Origin: Macrostomum lignano | Taxonomy: Eukaryota | DNA length: 64,000 nt | Assembly: GCA_002269645.1 (NCBI GenBank) | Contig: NIVC01002602.1 | Location: 1-64,000, forward strand | Reading direction: 5' to 3' | Program-made: the position numbers and the translations under genes | Notes under the pieces: generated by a model | What the model saw: the letters and a program-made list of their open reading frames with translations, nothing else | Database searches by the model: none | What the model was told of the DNA's origin: nothing | In this document: one piece after another, positions 36,701 to 47,192 of the stretch | Position numbering within the stretch: the stretch's first letter is position 1 | Layout of the letters: each line of letters opens with the position of its first letter

Positions 36701-37300
36701 TTTATTTCTCTTGTCTATCTCACTCTTCTCTCTCCCCTCCTCTGGCCCACAATCATGCGCTAGGTTCTCTACCTGGCCCTGGAGGTGAAAAGTTTTCCAA
36801 CCCCTGCTCAGGTCATTTCTAGGAAAATCGAGTGGAAAATCAAAATATTTATTATTTTTTTCAATATCATCGATAAACGCCATCATCAATGGTCGCGGAT
36901 AAAGAGATAAAAAATGTCTTTGGCCAAAAAGCCAATTGATTCAGTGCGATAGCGAAACAATATAGGCCAGTTAAAAACCGATTTTTCAAGCCACACCTCA
37001 ATATCCAAATCTGCGCCCATCCTGTGCAGCACGTCGATTGCGTCAACTCGTCCTTCAGCAACTGTCAGCATCAGCGGAGTCATGCCGACACTGTTGGGCA
37101 GGTTGACCTGACAGGAGTGGTACTCTTTGCTGTGGGTGGAGTTATTTTATTTTATAATTGTATGACATTCTATTGAATCAGCCACAGCAGACTATAAGGC
37201 CCTGTTTACTTTCTCCTCCATGCTGAAGTGCTGACCTGGCATTGACACCTTGATGTCCAAGGACCCCCATGCCTTGCGCAACGAAATCAGCCATTGGGTG
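30735..37300 (-). CDS. Ankyrin repeats followed by a caspase (peptidase C14) domain; probably the C-terminal part of a GTPase-ANK-caspase protein
   Basis: Exons (minus): 37300-37210, 37107-36997, 35494-35211, 34776-34624, 34533-34378, 33267-33108, 31753-31547, 30923-30735. ANK: GMTPLMLTVAEG, SFTALTHA, GNTPLIWAARCGN. Caspase: YTMQSHRRGYAMIINI, KRHGAELD, LLCICSHG, KPKLFVVQSCRN, SHRHPERGCLFAQAL, STLRKLLYF. The last acceptor is a weak CGAG. Confidence 0.9.
31015..31543 (-). mobile_element. hAT-like MITE carrying an internal 21-bp minisatellite (GCCTGCGGCGCTAAAATGAGT, 31168-31422) in the last caspase intron
   Basis: Terminus CAGGGGCGTCGCCA on the minus strand at 31543 followed by G-runs; degenerate opposite end TGGCGAAGCTGTG near 31015-31030; TSD only partly matching. 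Confidence 0.6.
32783..33095 (+). mobile_element. tRNA-derived SINE (tRNA-Val-like head plus conserved central core)
   Basis: A box TAGCCTAGGGG, B box GGTTCGATTCTC, loop CT-CAC-GA with a broken anticodon stem. Followed by GTGCTCTTGAGAAAGACACTTAACTC...CAGCTGTAAAATGGTACC, which resembles the conserved core of widespread animal SINE superfamilies. Confidence 0.75.
33490..34166. repeat. 39-bp minisatellite (GACTGAGGTCTTGGCAATGGAGACCATAGACTGTGTTGT), caspase intron
   Basis: About 17 copies; 13-aa periodic ORFs. Confidence 0.97.
34925..35092. repeat. 32-bp minisatellite (GGATCTATCGTGGGTTGTCTAGACATTGTTTA), about 5 copies
   Basis: Direct. Confidence 0.9.
35835..36635. repeat. (CTCCT)n pentanucleotide microsatellite
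   Basis: Direct. Confidence 0.98.
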
Positions 37301-37559
37301 CTACAGGAAAGTATTCACTACAGTGACTACACAGACAGAAAATGATTTTAAGATGTAAAACTGAAGCTATAAGCTCTTTACATATGAAATTGTCTATGGC
37401 AAAACCCTCGTTTTGTCAACTAGCTTTAAAACCTAGCTATGCCTAATTTCATTGGCCCAAAGATCTATGGCCTGGCCAAGCTGGCTCTACCGGGTCTTTC
37501 ACTGGTCCCCTGCCACTCGGATCAACCAGTGGGTGGCTTCTAAGCACAGGGAGAGGTGG

Positions 37560-37802
37560 ACTAATGCCCCGCCTTTACTCAGGACAGGCTCATCTATGTC
37601 GGTCCGAACCCGGACCCCTCCGACCTTTTTTAGACCCAAAAACCCCTACCAGTTTGTCCGCTACCTAAGGGCTACCGGGCGAGCGATCATCTACCTTCTT
37701 AACTCTGCGGACACCGGATACACGGGATCTCTCTGCGCGCTTGTGGTCGCCAGGGGTTAGCGGAATGGGCGGCAACGCCTCCCCTTGTCAACGCTACAAA
37801 AA
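37560..37802 (+). mobile_element. 5'-truncated non-LTR retrotransposon 3' fragment related to the one at the window start
   Basis: Frameshifted ..CPAFTQDRLIYVG..NPYQFVRYLRATGR (compare [21 protein letters not shown] at 240-360). The 3' tail GGGGTTAGCG..CGCCTCCCCTTGTCA resembles GGGGTTGCG..CGCCTGCACCCCCCGTCA, and ends in a short A-run. Confidence 0.55.
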
Positions 37803-37814
37803 GTCAACACTAAC

Positions 37815-40528
37815 GGCTTAGTAAGCAGCAGAGCCTCGCCGCTGGGTCCAGCTACAGACTCTTCAGTAGTAGTAATCGTTTGAACAAACTGTTTGAAAAT
37901 GCTTTTTAATTTTGTAGCATCCTCTCCCAGAGCAGATATGGCATGATAGCGTGCTTTTGGATGCTCCGACAGAAATCTGTCAATTTCTTTATTGGACACG
38001 ATGGGCCCCGGCTGTTTTTGATGCAGCAGGTCAGTTTTGTTGCCAAGCAGAAGAAGCCAGTCTGAGTTGACGCTGGTGAAATTCTTTATCAGCTGCAGTC
38101 TGTGCGGCAGGGCATTGAATGTTCGACGACTGACAAGTGAGAACACAAGCACAATGGCGTCCGGCTTGAAACGCCTCATGTCGAATATTGTGTGCGGGTC
38201 GTGTCCGTGCTGCGAAGCGATTGTTTAAAGGCTTTTATTTGTTATAATTGCTGCAACTGCTTGATTTGACTTATGATACTCCTCACTCAGCAATGATCTC
38301 TCATGTCCAGGTATGACTCATCTTGTCCAGTTGTGACCGAACTTGTCCAGGTGTGACCCAACTTGTCCAGGTGTGACCCATCTTGTGAAAGCATGATCCA
38401 TCTTGTGAAAGCATGACCCATCTTGTGAAAGTATGACCCATCTTGTGAAAGTATGACACATCTTGTGAAAGCATGACCCATCTTGTGAAAGAATGACTCA
38501 TCTTGTGAAAGCATGACCCATCTTGTGAAAGCTTGACCCATCTTGTGAAAGCATGACCCATCTTGTGAAAGCTTGACCCATCTTGTGAAAGCATGACCCA
38601 TCTTGTGAAAGCATGACCCATCTTGTGAAAGCATGACCCATCTTGTGAAAGCATGACCTATCTTGTGAAAGCATGACCCATCTTGTGAAAGCATGACCCA
38701 TCTTGTGAAAGCATCACCCATCTTGTGAAAGCATAACCCATCTTGTGAAAGCATGACCCATCTTGTGAAAGCATGACCCATCTTGTGAAAGTATGACCTA
38801 TCTTGTCCAGGTCTCCTTCCCACTGGCCAACTCTTGCTCAAAAATCGGCAGACAAATTTGGAATTGACTCAGACTCACCGCTCCAGGCGTATCAAGAATG
38901 GATAGCGATACTTTTATTCCGTCAAATGTCACTGACATCAGAATTTGAAATCGGTTCTTGTCATCGCAAACCTGCTTCGCGAGGCCGGCTGAGATCAGCT
39001 GTTCCACAATGGACGTCTTTCCAACTCCGACCGAACCGACCAGAGCCAGTCGGAATTTCTTAGCGCCAGCTGAATGGGTCCCGGATGTCTGTAAAAATTT
39101 GCGATTTGAATTAGCAAGACAGCGCCAAAGCTACTGGCAAGGGGGCGCCAGAGCTACTGGCATGGGGGCGCCAAGGCTATTGGCATGGGGGCGCCAAAGC
39201 TACTGGCAAGAGGGCGCCAAAGCTACTGGCAAGGTGGCGCCAAAGCTACTGGCAAGGGGGGGGGGCGCCAGAGCTACTGGCATTGGGGCGCCAAGGCTAT
39301 TGGCATGGGGGCGCCAAAGCTACTGGCAAGAAGGGGCGCCAAAGCTACTGGCAAGGGGGCGCCAAAGCTACTGGCAAGGGGGCGCCAAAGCTACTGGCAA
39401 GGGGGCGCCAAAGCTACTGGCAAGGAGGCGCCAAAGCTACTGGCAAGGAGGGGGCGCCAAAGCTACTGGCAAGGTGGCGCCAAAGCTACTGGCAAGGGGG
39501 GGGGGGCGCCAAAGCTACTGGCAAGGTGGCGCCAAAGCTACTGGCAAGGGGGCGCCAAAGCTACTGGCAAGAAGTGGCGCCAAAGCTACTGGCAAGGGGG
39601 CGCCAAAATGGCAAATTAGGAAAACAAGAACAACAAAACAATTCTGAATGACAAATTTATTTAGTAATCTATTCAATCTAACAAACAGCTCACCATTTCA
39701 ACTTCTGGATGGAGAAGAACTCAAATATGTTTAACTGTTTGCCATTTCGCTAAATATCGTTATTAGAAGTTTATATAACTTTATCAACCTCTAAACTAGT
39801 CGCGGCTTATCTTCTTTTAATAGCTATAGAAAAATTTTGTGCGCAGCTGCTGAGTGAAAGAGAGACTTGCAGAATGAGACAAATATTTACATTATGCGTA
39901 GTAGTTACAGCCTTTAGTCGTGTTGGCCTTAATTGGGTTCTGACCAAATTTATAAGTAGCTGCGAGATGAAAGCATTGCAATTTAATAGGTAGGGCACTG
40001 TAAAACCTACCGAATGTTGTTTAAGTGACAGGGTGATAAATGAAGAGGTTTGTGGAGCCATTTGTTTGTCATAGCCAATAGATTAAAAAAACCGATATCC
40101 GTGTCCCCTCGCAAGGAGTGATATCGATAACAACTCTCGCACATCGATGACACCTCTTGCTCAGCAATGACCCCTCTTGCTCAGCAATGACCCTCTTACT
40201 CAGCAATGACCCCTCTTGCTCAGCAATGACCCTTTTACTCAGCAATGACCCCTCTTGTTCAGCAATGACCCCTCTTTCTCAGCAATGACCCCTCTTACTC
40301 AGCAATGACGCCTCCTCCTATCAATAGACACTGGATAATAAATAGTTGGTTTAGACCATAGACTATTATTCTATATAGATTTCTTTTGAGGTCAAGCAGG
40401 CCGCCAGAATATATGATACAGCAATTATAGACGAGTAGCTGACTCTGTGTACCAATTATTGTTTATCTTTCTGGTTGTTTCCTGTAATGTGCTCCATTTA
40501 CCGGTAGCATACTCACGTCTGCACCCAT
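37815..40528 (-). CDS. Ras-like small GTPase domain; probably the N-terminal domain of the ANK-caspase protein
   Basis: Exons 40528-40517 (MGAD|gtgagt; alternative start in the 39704-39694 micro-exon), 39088-38879, and 38209-37815 (or read-through to a stop at 37757). G1 GSVGVGKT, G3 ILDTPGA, G4 GNKTD, G5 AISAL. Confidence 0.85.
38310..38812. repeat. 20-bp minisatellite (CATCTTGTGAAAGCATGACC)
   Basis: Direct; intronic between GTPase exons. Confidence 0.97.
39120..39610. repeat. About 23-26-bp minisatellite (GGCGCCAAAGCTACTGGCAAG + variable G-run)
   Basis: Direct. Confidence 0.95.
40150..40315. repeat. 20-bp minisatellite (GCAATGACCCCTCTTGCTCA), about 8 copies
   Basis: Direct. Confidence 0.93.
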
Positions 40529-40854
40529 TGCCTGCCGTGTAAACTCGAATATCTTTATCAAGTAATAGCTTGTTTATCTTAAAGTTAATTGACATCAAGA
40601 CAAAGCAACCGACCGTGAAATTGATGTAATCCCGAATTCTGTTTTCCAGAATTTCAAAATTTAACTGTCTCAAGTTCTTACAGCATATTTGTACTGGGTA
40701 GGTTTCACAAACGCAAAATTTCATGACAGGCTGAGAGCTAGATATTAAAATTGCGGTAACACGGTGCAGTGCCAGGTAGTGAGTGCTATGAGAGTGCATA
40801 TAAATACATTTAAACTTCCACTGCAATAAATCCTAGGTCATGTGATTAGGGTCA

Positions 40855-40968
40855 CCGATCCCTGATCCCGATCCCTGATCCCGATCCCTGATCCCGATCC
40901 CTGATCCCGATCCCTGATCCCGATCCCTGATCCCTGATCCCGATCCCTGATCCCGATCCCTGATCCCC
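40855..40968. repeat. 13-bp minisatellite (GATCCCTGATCCC) directly after the DEG/ENaC stop codon
   Basis: Direct. Confidence 0.95.
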
Positions 40969-40972
40969 ATCG

Positions 40973-43633
40973 TCAACCCCTTCCTTTCCGCAGCTTAGCA
41001 GCCAGGCTGAGCACAACTCCATGCAGCAACTCAAGCAGCTCGCACAGAGTCAACGTCGAGCAGCCCAGATAAAGTCCCATTGCCCCGCCAGTGTCCGCCA
41101 CGAACTGCTGCAACCTGTAGTCCCTAGCCAAGACATTTAAATCGTTGAAACTGGAAGCCGCTCGCAGTGTCACTTTCAGACCGCCCCGCCTGGTGTACTC
41201 CTCGATAGCTTCGGCGCGCGCGTACTCGGACACGTCCTTGAAAGTGGACACGATTCTCAGACCGGCCTCAGACCGGCCAATAGGGATCGATAATTTTCTG
41301 GAGCCAATGCTAACTCGGAGGCCACCAGTTGAGTAGCGTAGCGAAACAGGCTGGCCGAGTTTGGCCACCGGCCGTAGGAGTCCACCGTCCAGTAGCGACT
41401 TTGACGACACGGCGGCAACTTGCGGTCGTCTGGTTGCAGACTTTGCTTCCAGTCGTTCTGTTCGCTAGAATTAATTGCTTGAAGTCCTCGCCAGAGTATT
41501 TCCGCTCGGGTCTCGTTGATTTCTATGGCGCTGCTTAGGTTCAGGCACACGGGCAGGCCGCGGTATTTCCATGGCAAAGGCTGAGGCAATGGCGAACAGT
41601 TGAACTTGGCCAGATTATTTGCGGCAATTTGCGAATAGTGGGACACAGAGCCGCTGTAGTTGAACCATTGGCGGCCTCCGTTGTACGGATTATAGAAGGC
41701 GACTGGTTCGTGCCGGGACAAGCACCTGTGAGTGAAGGGTTAGTTGGCCAATAAACCGAGACTGGTTGTTAGGTTTGACTCTCGTCGCGCCACGGCCCCT
41801 GATGAAATCCCGGCCATATTCCTCTGTACACCCTGTGTGCGCGTGTGCATGAGTGCGTGAACTGCGTACAGTATTAGCGCGCTGTAGCTTCGACGATTTG
41901 ATATTCTTTGGAGCTTTGGAAACAAGCGACCCATCAACACGCTTACGAGCGTAAAAATTACCTGTCAGTGAAATCTGAAGCCGGAAGCAGCTCGGTGACT
42001 GTCATGCCCACGGCAATGTCGTAGGCGCGTCCCGGACCCAGGAGGAGTCGTCTGCAGCCGCTGGTTGCCAGGGGAGACGGATAGTGCCCCGGCGGAACCA
42101 AGTAGAGAACCATGCCGCTACCAGAGTCGATTTGCAGAGGATCGTTGAGGTTCCAGTCCAGAGGTCGGATATTCATCGACTGTCCACGTCTGCCAGTGGG
42201 TACAGGGATGTCTGGCAGCCGATAAGGACTGGCCACATGTCGCATGGTAGCATAATACGCGTCCAGAGTCAAGTGAAAGGTCAGTCGATTATTATCTCTG
42301 CGCATAGCCAGTCGCTCCGAGTTGGTGAGCTCTACTCGGAAGCATTTCAGGTGCTCCGGATGGTGAAACTCCGACACGGCAACGGGACGATCGTTTGGAG
42401 GTCTTTCGCCGACGCTGTAGACTCCGAAGTTGCCTAGAAAAGTCTGCTTCAGCTTCTGTCCAACGACGTCGGACAAAAGGCGGTACGGCACAGAGCGGAG
42501 CAGGGAAACAGGTCGCAGCCTCAGCAGGCGGAGTCTTTCAGACTCGGAAAGCGAGCTGGAATGTCTCAGACAGAAAGTGCAGGCTCGGGTTCAATAGCCT
42601 TTTGAGTGCTCAACTCAATCTGACTCTCCTACAGTGTGCTAAAGTCAATCAGACTCTCCTACAGTGTGCTCAACCCAATCGGACTCTCCTACAGGCTCAG
42701 CTCAATCTGACTCTCCTACAGTGTGCTCAACCCAATCGGACTCTCCTACAGGCTCAGCTCAATCTGACTCTCCTACAGTGTGCTTAACTCAATCTGACTC
42801 TCCTACAGTGTGCTTAACTCAATCTGACTCTCCTACAGTGTGCTTAACTCAATCTGACTCTCCTACAGTGTGCTCAACTCAATCTGACTCTCCTACAGTG
42901 TGCTCAACTCAATCTGACTCTCCTACAGTGTGCTCAACTCAATCTGACATTCACCTACAGTGTGCTCAACTCAATCTGACATTCACCTACAGTGTGCTCA
43001 ACTCAATCTGACTCTCCTACAGTGTGCTTAACTCAATCTGACTCTCCTACAGTGTGCTCAACTCAATCTGACATTCACCTACAGTGTGCTCAACTCAATC
43101 TGACTCTCCTACAGTGTGCTTAACTCAATCTGACTCTCCTACAGTGTGCTTAACTCAATCTGACTCTCCTACAGTGTGCTCAACTCAATCAGGCAACACT
43201 TACAGCGCTCCAGCCCAAAGCATAAAATTCTAGTTAAAACATATAGCATGCAATACCCGATATCATTTAGCTGGCCGAACGCCTTCTCAAAGGTGTTGTT
43301 AGCCAAATCCAGGGCCGAATTAACAGAAGCAGCTTCGCTGTAGTTGAGCAGCACGCTATTCCCGCCGCCAATCTGTAGTTCGTTGCAAAAGTACAAATCT
43401 GGAAACTCGAAGGCGGCCCCGTTAGCAACAAAGACGCGTTTAAGTCCGGCGTTTGGCTGACGACTAGATGCGAGCTTGGCCAAGTAGGTGGCCACACCTC
43501 GCAACAGCAGGACAGTGAGTAGGAGCCATGCAGCAGACCAAGCCAGTCTCACTGGTAGACTCCGACGACTCGAACTAGACGAGTTGCCAAAGATCCTCGC
43601 AACACCGTGAGCGCTGGTCTCTACGTTGAACAT
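40973..43633 (-). CDS. DEG/ENaC (ASIC/degenerin) family channel subunit, 3 exons, about 570 aa if repaired; this copy is frameshifted by an 11-bp duplication
   Basis: Exons 43633-43257, 42555-41962, 41725-40973. FNVETSAHG (HG motif), TM1, FPDLYFCN, LPPCRQSRY..WP, and TM2 VADTGGAMGLYLGCSTLTLCELLELL with a GCS filter. TCAGACCGGCC is duplicated at 41257-41278. Confidence 0.92.
42607..43190. repeat. 30-bp minisatellite (CTCAACTCAATCTGACTCTCCTACAGTGTG), DEG/ENaC intron 1
   Basis: Direct. Confidence 0.97.
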
Positions 43634-44039
43634 TCCGACTGTCAGAGTCTGTCAGACTAGTATCTACCAGTTGTACAACTACTGAGCCGTTTTCAATTTC
43701 CGTGTTTCAATTCAAATATAGGAGAAGGAAACACAAGTCTGTTTGCTGAAATTGTTTCGAGAAGCTACCCGCACTGAAAGCAAACAACTCCTTTGAAAGT
43801 CATATTTATTGAAGGCCAAGAGTCCATAAGGCTACATCATCCTGTAGGCATACATGTAGAGTAGGTGCATATATATATGCTTTTCATATTGTATTTGCCA
43901 ACTCACTCTCAATACAAGGCTTATACATGTATGCCATGAAGATTCTGCTTTTTGTACAATGGTACCTGTATGGTAAATATAAGCTTGCAAAGATTGCCAT
44001 TGCCTCGAGTGTTAGTGCATAGCACACAACTCTCACTTG

Positions 44040-45170
44040 TGTGGCGCCCTCTGACATCCCAGTTGTGGCTGGCACCCTCTGACACCCCAGTTCTGGCGCC
44101 CTCTTCTGACACCCAATTGTGGCGCCCTCTGACACCCCAGTTCTGGCACCCTCTGACACCTCAGTTCTGGCACCCTCTGACACCCCAGTTCTGGCACCCT
44201 CTGACACCCCAGTTCTGGCGCCCTCTTCTGACACCCAGTTGGGGCACCCTCTGACACCAATTGTGGCACCCCCTGACACCCCAGTTCTGGCGCCCTCTTC
44301 TGACACCCAGTTGTGGCACCCTCTGACACCAATTGTGGCACCCCCTGACACCCCAGTTCTGGCGCCCTCTTCTGACACCCAGTTGTGGCACCCTCTGACA
44401 CCCAGTTGGGGCACCCTCTGACACCAGTTGTGGCACCCCCTGACACCCCAGTTCTGGCGCCCTCTTCTGACACCCAGTTGTGGCACCCTCTGACCCCAGT
44501 TCTGGCGCCCTCTTCTGACACCCAGTTGTGGCACCCTCTGACACCAATTGTGGCACCCCCTGACACCCCAGTTCTGGTGCCCTCTTCTGACACCCAGTTG
44601 TGGCACCCTCTGACACCCAGTTGTGGCACCCTTTGACACCCCAGTTGGGGCACCCTTTGACACCCCAGTTGGGGCACCCTCTGACACCCCAGTTCTGGCG
44701 CCCTCCGACACCCCAGTTCTGGCGCCCTCTTCTGACACCCAGTTGTGGCACCCTCTGACACCCAGTTGTGGCACCCTTTGACACCCCAGTTGGGGCACCC
44801 CCTGACACCCCAGTTCTGGCGCCCTCTTCTGACACCCAGTTGTGGCACCCTCTGACACCCAGTTGTGGCACCCTTTGACACCCCAGTTGGGGCACCCTCT
44901 GACACCCCAGTTCTGGCGCCCTCTTCTGACACCCAGTTGTGGCACCCTCTGACACCCAGTTGTGGCACCCTTTGACACCCCAGTTGGGGCACCCCCTGAC
45001 ACCCCAGTTCTGGCGCCCTCTTCTGACACTCAGTTGTGGCACCCTCTGACACCCAGTTGTGGCACCCTCTGACACCCAGTTGTGGCACCCTCTGACACCC
45101 CAGTTGGGGCACCCTCTGACACCCCAGTTCTGGCGCCCTCTGACACCCCAGTTCTGGCGCCCTCTGACAC
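44040..45170. repeat. 23-27-bp compound minisatellite (CTGACACCCCAGTTCTGGCGCCCTCTT / CTGACACCCAGTTGTGGCACCCT)
   Basis: Direct. Confidence 0.96.
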
Positions 45171-46356
45171 GCCGAACTCATCCAACTTGCCATTAAAATC
45201 AAAGCCCGCAATATACATAAAATAAAACCGAAAAACATATTAAAAGCAAAAAATCTATTGGGAAATTTGTGCAACATCTGACACAACAATGGAATTGTAA
45301 ACCAGGATATGGCTTGAGCCCAGCCAAGACCCAGGCAAAAAATAACGCACAGGTATACCAACAACCATTTATTTAGCTGCAATTACTGACTGCTATTAAA
45401 TACAGTTTTAATTAGAAATAAATATTAAAGCATTACATTAATTATTGGCAGTTGACAAAATCTTGACACAAAAAATGGCGTTTTCTAGAAAAAAGAATTA
45501 ATGGCAGAGAACACAATTGACAAGGAAGCGCTGTGTACACGGGAATCTCTCTATTGATTTGCACATCTATACAAAATAGGAGCATTATTATCACTACTAT
45601 ATATATATACTATTCAAGCATAGGAAACTGATATATCAATAAATTGGACACCGCATTGAGCAGAGAAAGAAACCCGATATTTAAAATAATAAAAGACTGT
45701 ATAAATTGATATGCTTCTTAATATTGCCGAAAATAAAATAGCAATAAAGTCCGCATTGACCTACTGCGAGTAGGCGAGCAAAGCATGTGTGACATTTAAA
45801 TTTATTTATTTATTTTTTATATTCTAGCTAAATTTAAACCAAAAAATAGTAAATAACCAAATAAACTTTGCCGAATAAAGGTGCGGTGAAGGAGCACAAT
45901 GGCAAGCGGGAGGAAACGATGGCGCACACAAAGATTTTAAACCCGGAATTAGAAAACAGGAGAGAGACAGACAAAAAAAAACAGAGAAAACCACGCAGCA
46001 AAAATGTTGGCAAACATGAGCGGAGTGCTTGAAATTATTCACAATCATTGCTGAAATCAATTTCTAATAACTGCAGTTATAACTGCTTATGCAGTAAGTT
46101 TAAATGAGGAGCGCTATAAATGGATAAAATAAAATTTATTGGCAAATATAATAGATAAAGCTCGAACCGACCTTAAAAAACTGCAAACAATTAATGACAA
46201 AAATGATAAACAGATTAACAGGCCAAACACGGATAGACTATAGTGGAGATGCTAACAGAATGTAAATATAGTACAAAAAGCACTATCTTAACGAACCAAT
46301 TTATAACAAGCAAAGTAGATGAGGCAACGCTTGGGCTATAAAAAAATACGCTGAGC

Positions 46357-47060
46357 TAGATTAGCAATCCACTATTAACTATTATTCGATCTAGTTGAAT
46401 AGATTAGCAATCCACTCCATCAATTATCGATATAAGCTAGATTAGCAATCCACTCCATCAATTGTCGATATAGGCTAGATTAGCAATCCACTCCATCAAT
46501 TATCGATATAAGCTAGATTAGCAATCCACTCCATCAATTGTCGATATAGGCTAGATTAGCAATCCACTCCATCAATTATCGATATAAGCTAGATTAGCAA
46601 TCCACTCCATCAATTGTCGATATAGGCTAGATTAGCAATCCACTCCATCAATTGTCGATATAGGCTAGATTAGCAATCCACTCCATCAATTGTCGATATA
46701 GGCTAGATTAGCAATCCACCTTATGAGTTACTGATATAGGCTAGATTAGCAATCCACCTTATGAGTTACTGATATAGGCTAGATTAGCAATCCACCTTAT
46801 GAGTTACTGATATAGGCTAGATTAGCAATCCACCTTATGAGTTACTGATATAGGCTAGATTAGCAATCCACCTTATGAGTTACTGATATAGGCTAGATTA
46901 GCAATCCACCTTATGAGTTACTGATATAGGCTAGATTAGCAATCTACCTTATGAGTTACTGATATAGGCTAGATTAGCAATCCACCTTATGAGTTACTGA
47001 TATAGGCTAGATTAGCAATCCACCTTATGAGTTACTGATATAGGCTAGATTAGCAATCCC
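46357..47060. repeat. 38-bp minisatellite with two homogenised domains, downstream of the p190 stop
   Basis: GCTAGATTAGCAATCCAC-TCCATCAATTRTC-GATATAR switches to GCTAGATTAGCAATCCAC-CTTATGAGTTACT-GATATAG at about 46702-46720. Confidence 0.97.
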
Positions 47061-47192
47061 CAGTACATTAATATACAAGGGAAAAAAAGCGAATTATTAC
47101 TTAAATATCGCACACAGAATGGCATTAGAAGGTATAGAATGCACATATTGCCATCGATTTTGTTATTAGAAATCTATCATAGTGATTGATAA

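Noticed and set aside
36770-36830. Additional ankyrin-like exon (SRGWKTFHL)
   Set aside because: Phase-incompatible with the flanking exons, which join directly as ADLDIE|DKLSFTAL.
37236-37294. Independent start MADFVAQG... for a stand-alone ANK-caspase gene
   Set aside because: Phase-compatible via 37236/37129 and kept as the alternative model, but ranked lower because it leaves the GTPase ending in LINE-derived sequence.
40425-40826. 133-aa ORF between DEG/ENaC and the GTPase
   Set aside because: AT-rich with no motif; only its internal ATG GGT GCA GAC|gtgagt segment looks functional.
42591-42593. In-frame TGA upstream of DEG/ENaC exon 2 (possible selenocysteine or readthrough)
   Set aside because: It falls in the intron when the ATC GG|gtattg donor and cattccag acceptor are used.
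45171-45218. Extra upstream DEG/ENaC exon MYIAGFDFNGKLDEFG
   Set aside because: The donor GT is part of the array unit, and the downstream exon already has an ATG and a correctly spaced F-x3-TS-x-HG motif.
43884-45382. ORFs of 300-450 aa rich in Cys/Gly/Gln
   Set aside because: Products of the 23-27-bp array.
46357-47060. CRISPR-like constant-plus-variable arrays (also 50535-51355)
   Set aside because: The variable parts are themselves repeated rather than unique spacers, there are no cas genes, and the context is eukaryotic.
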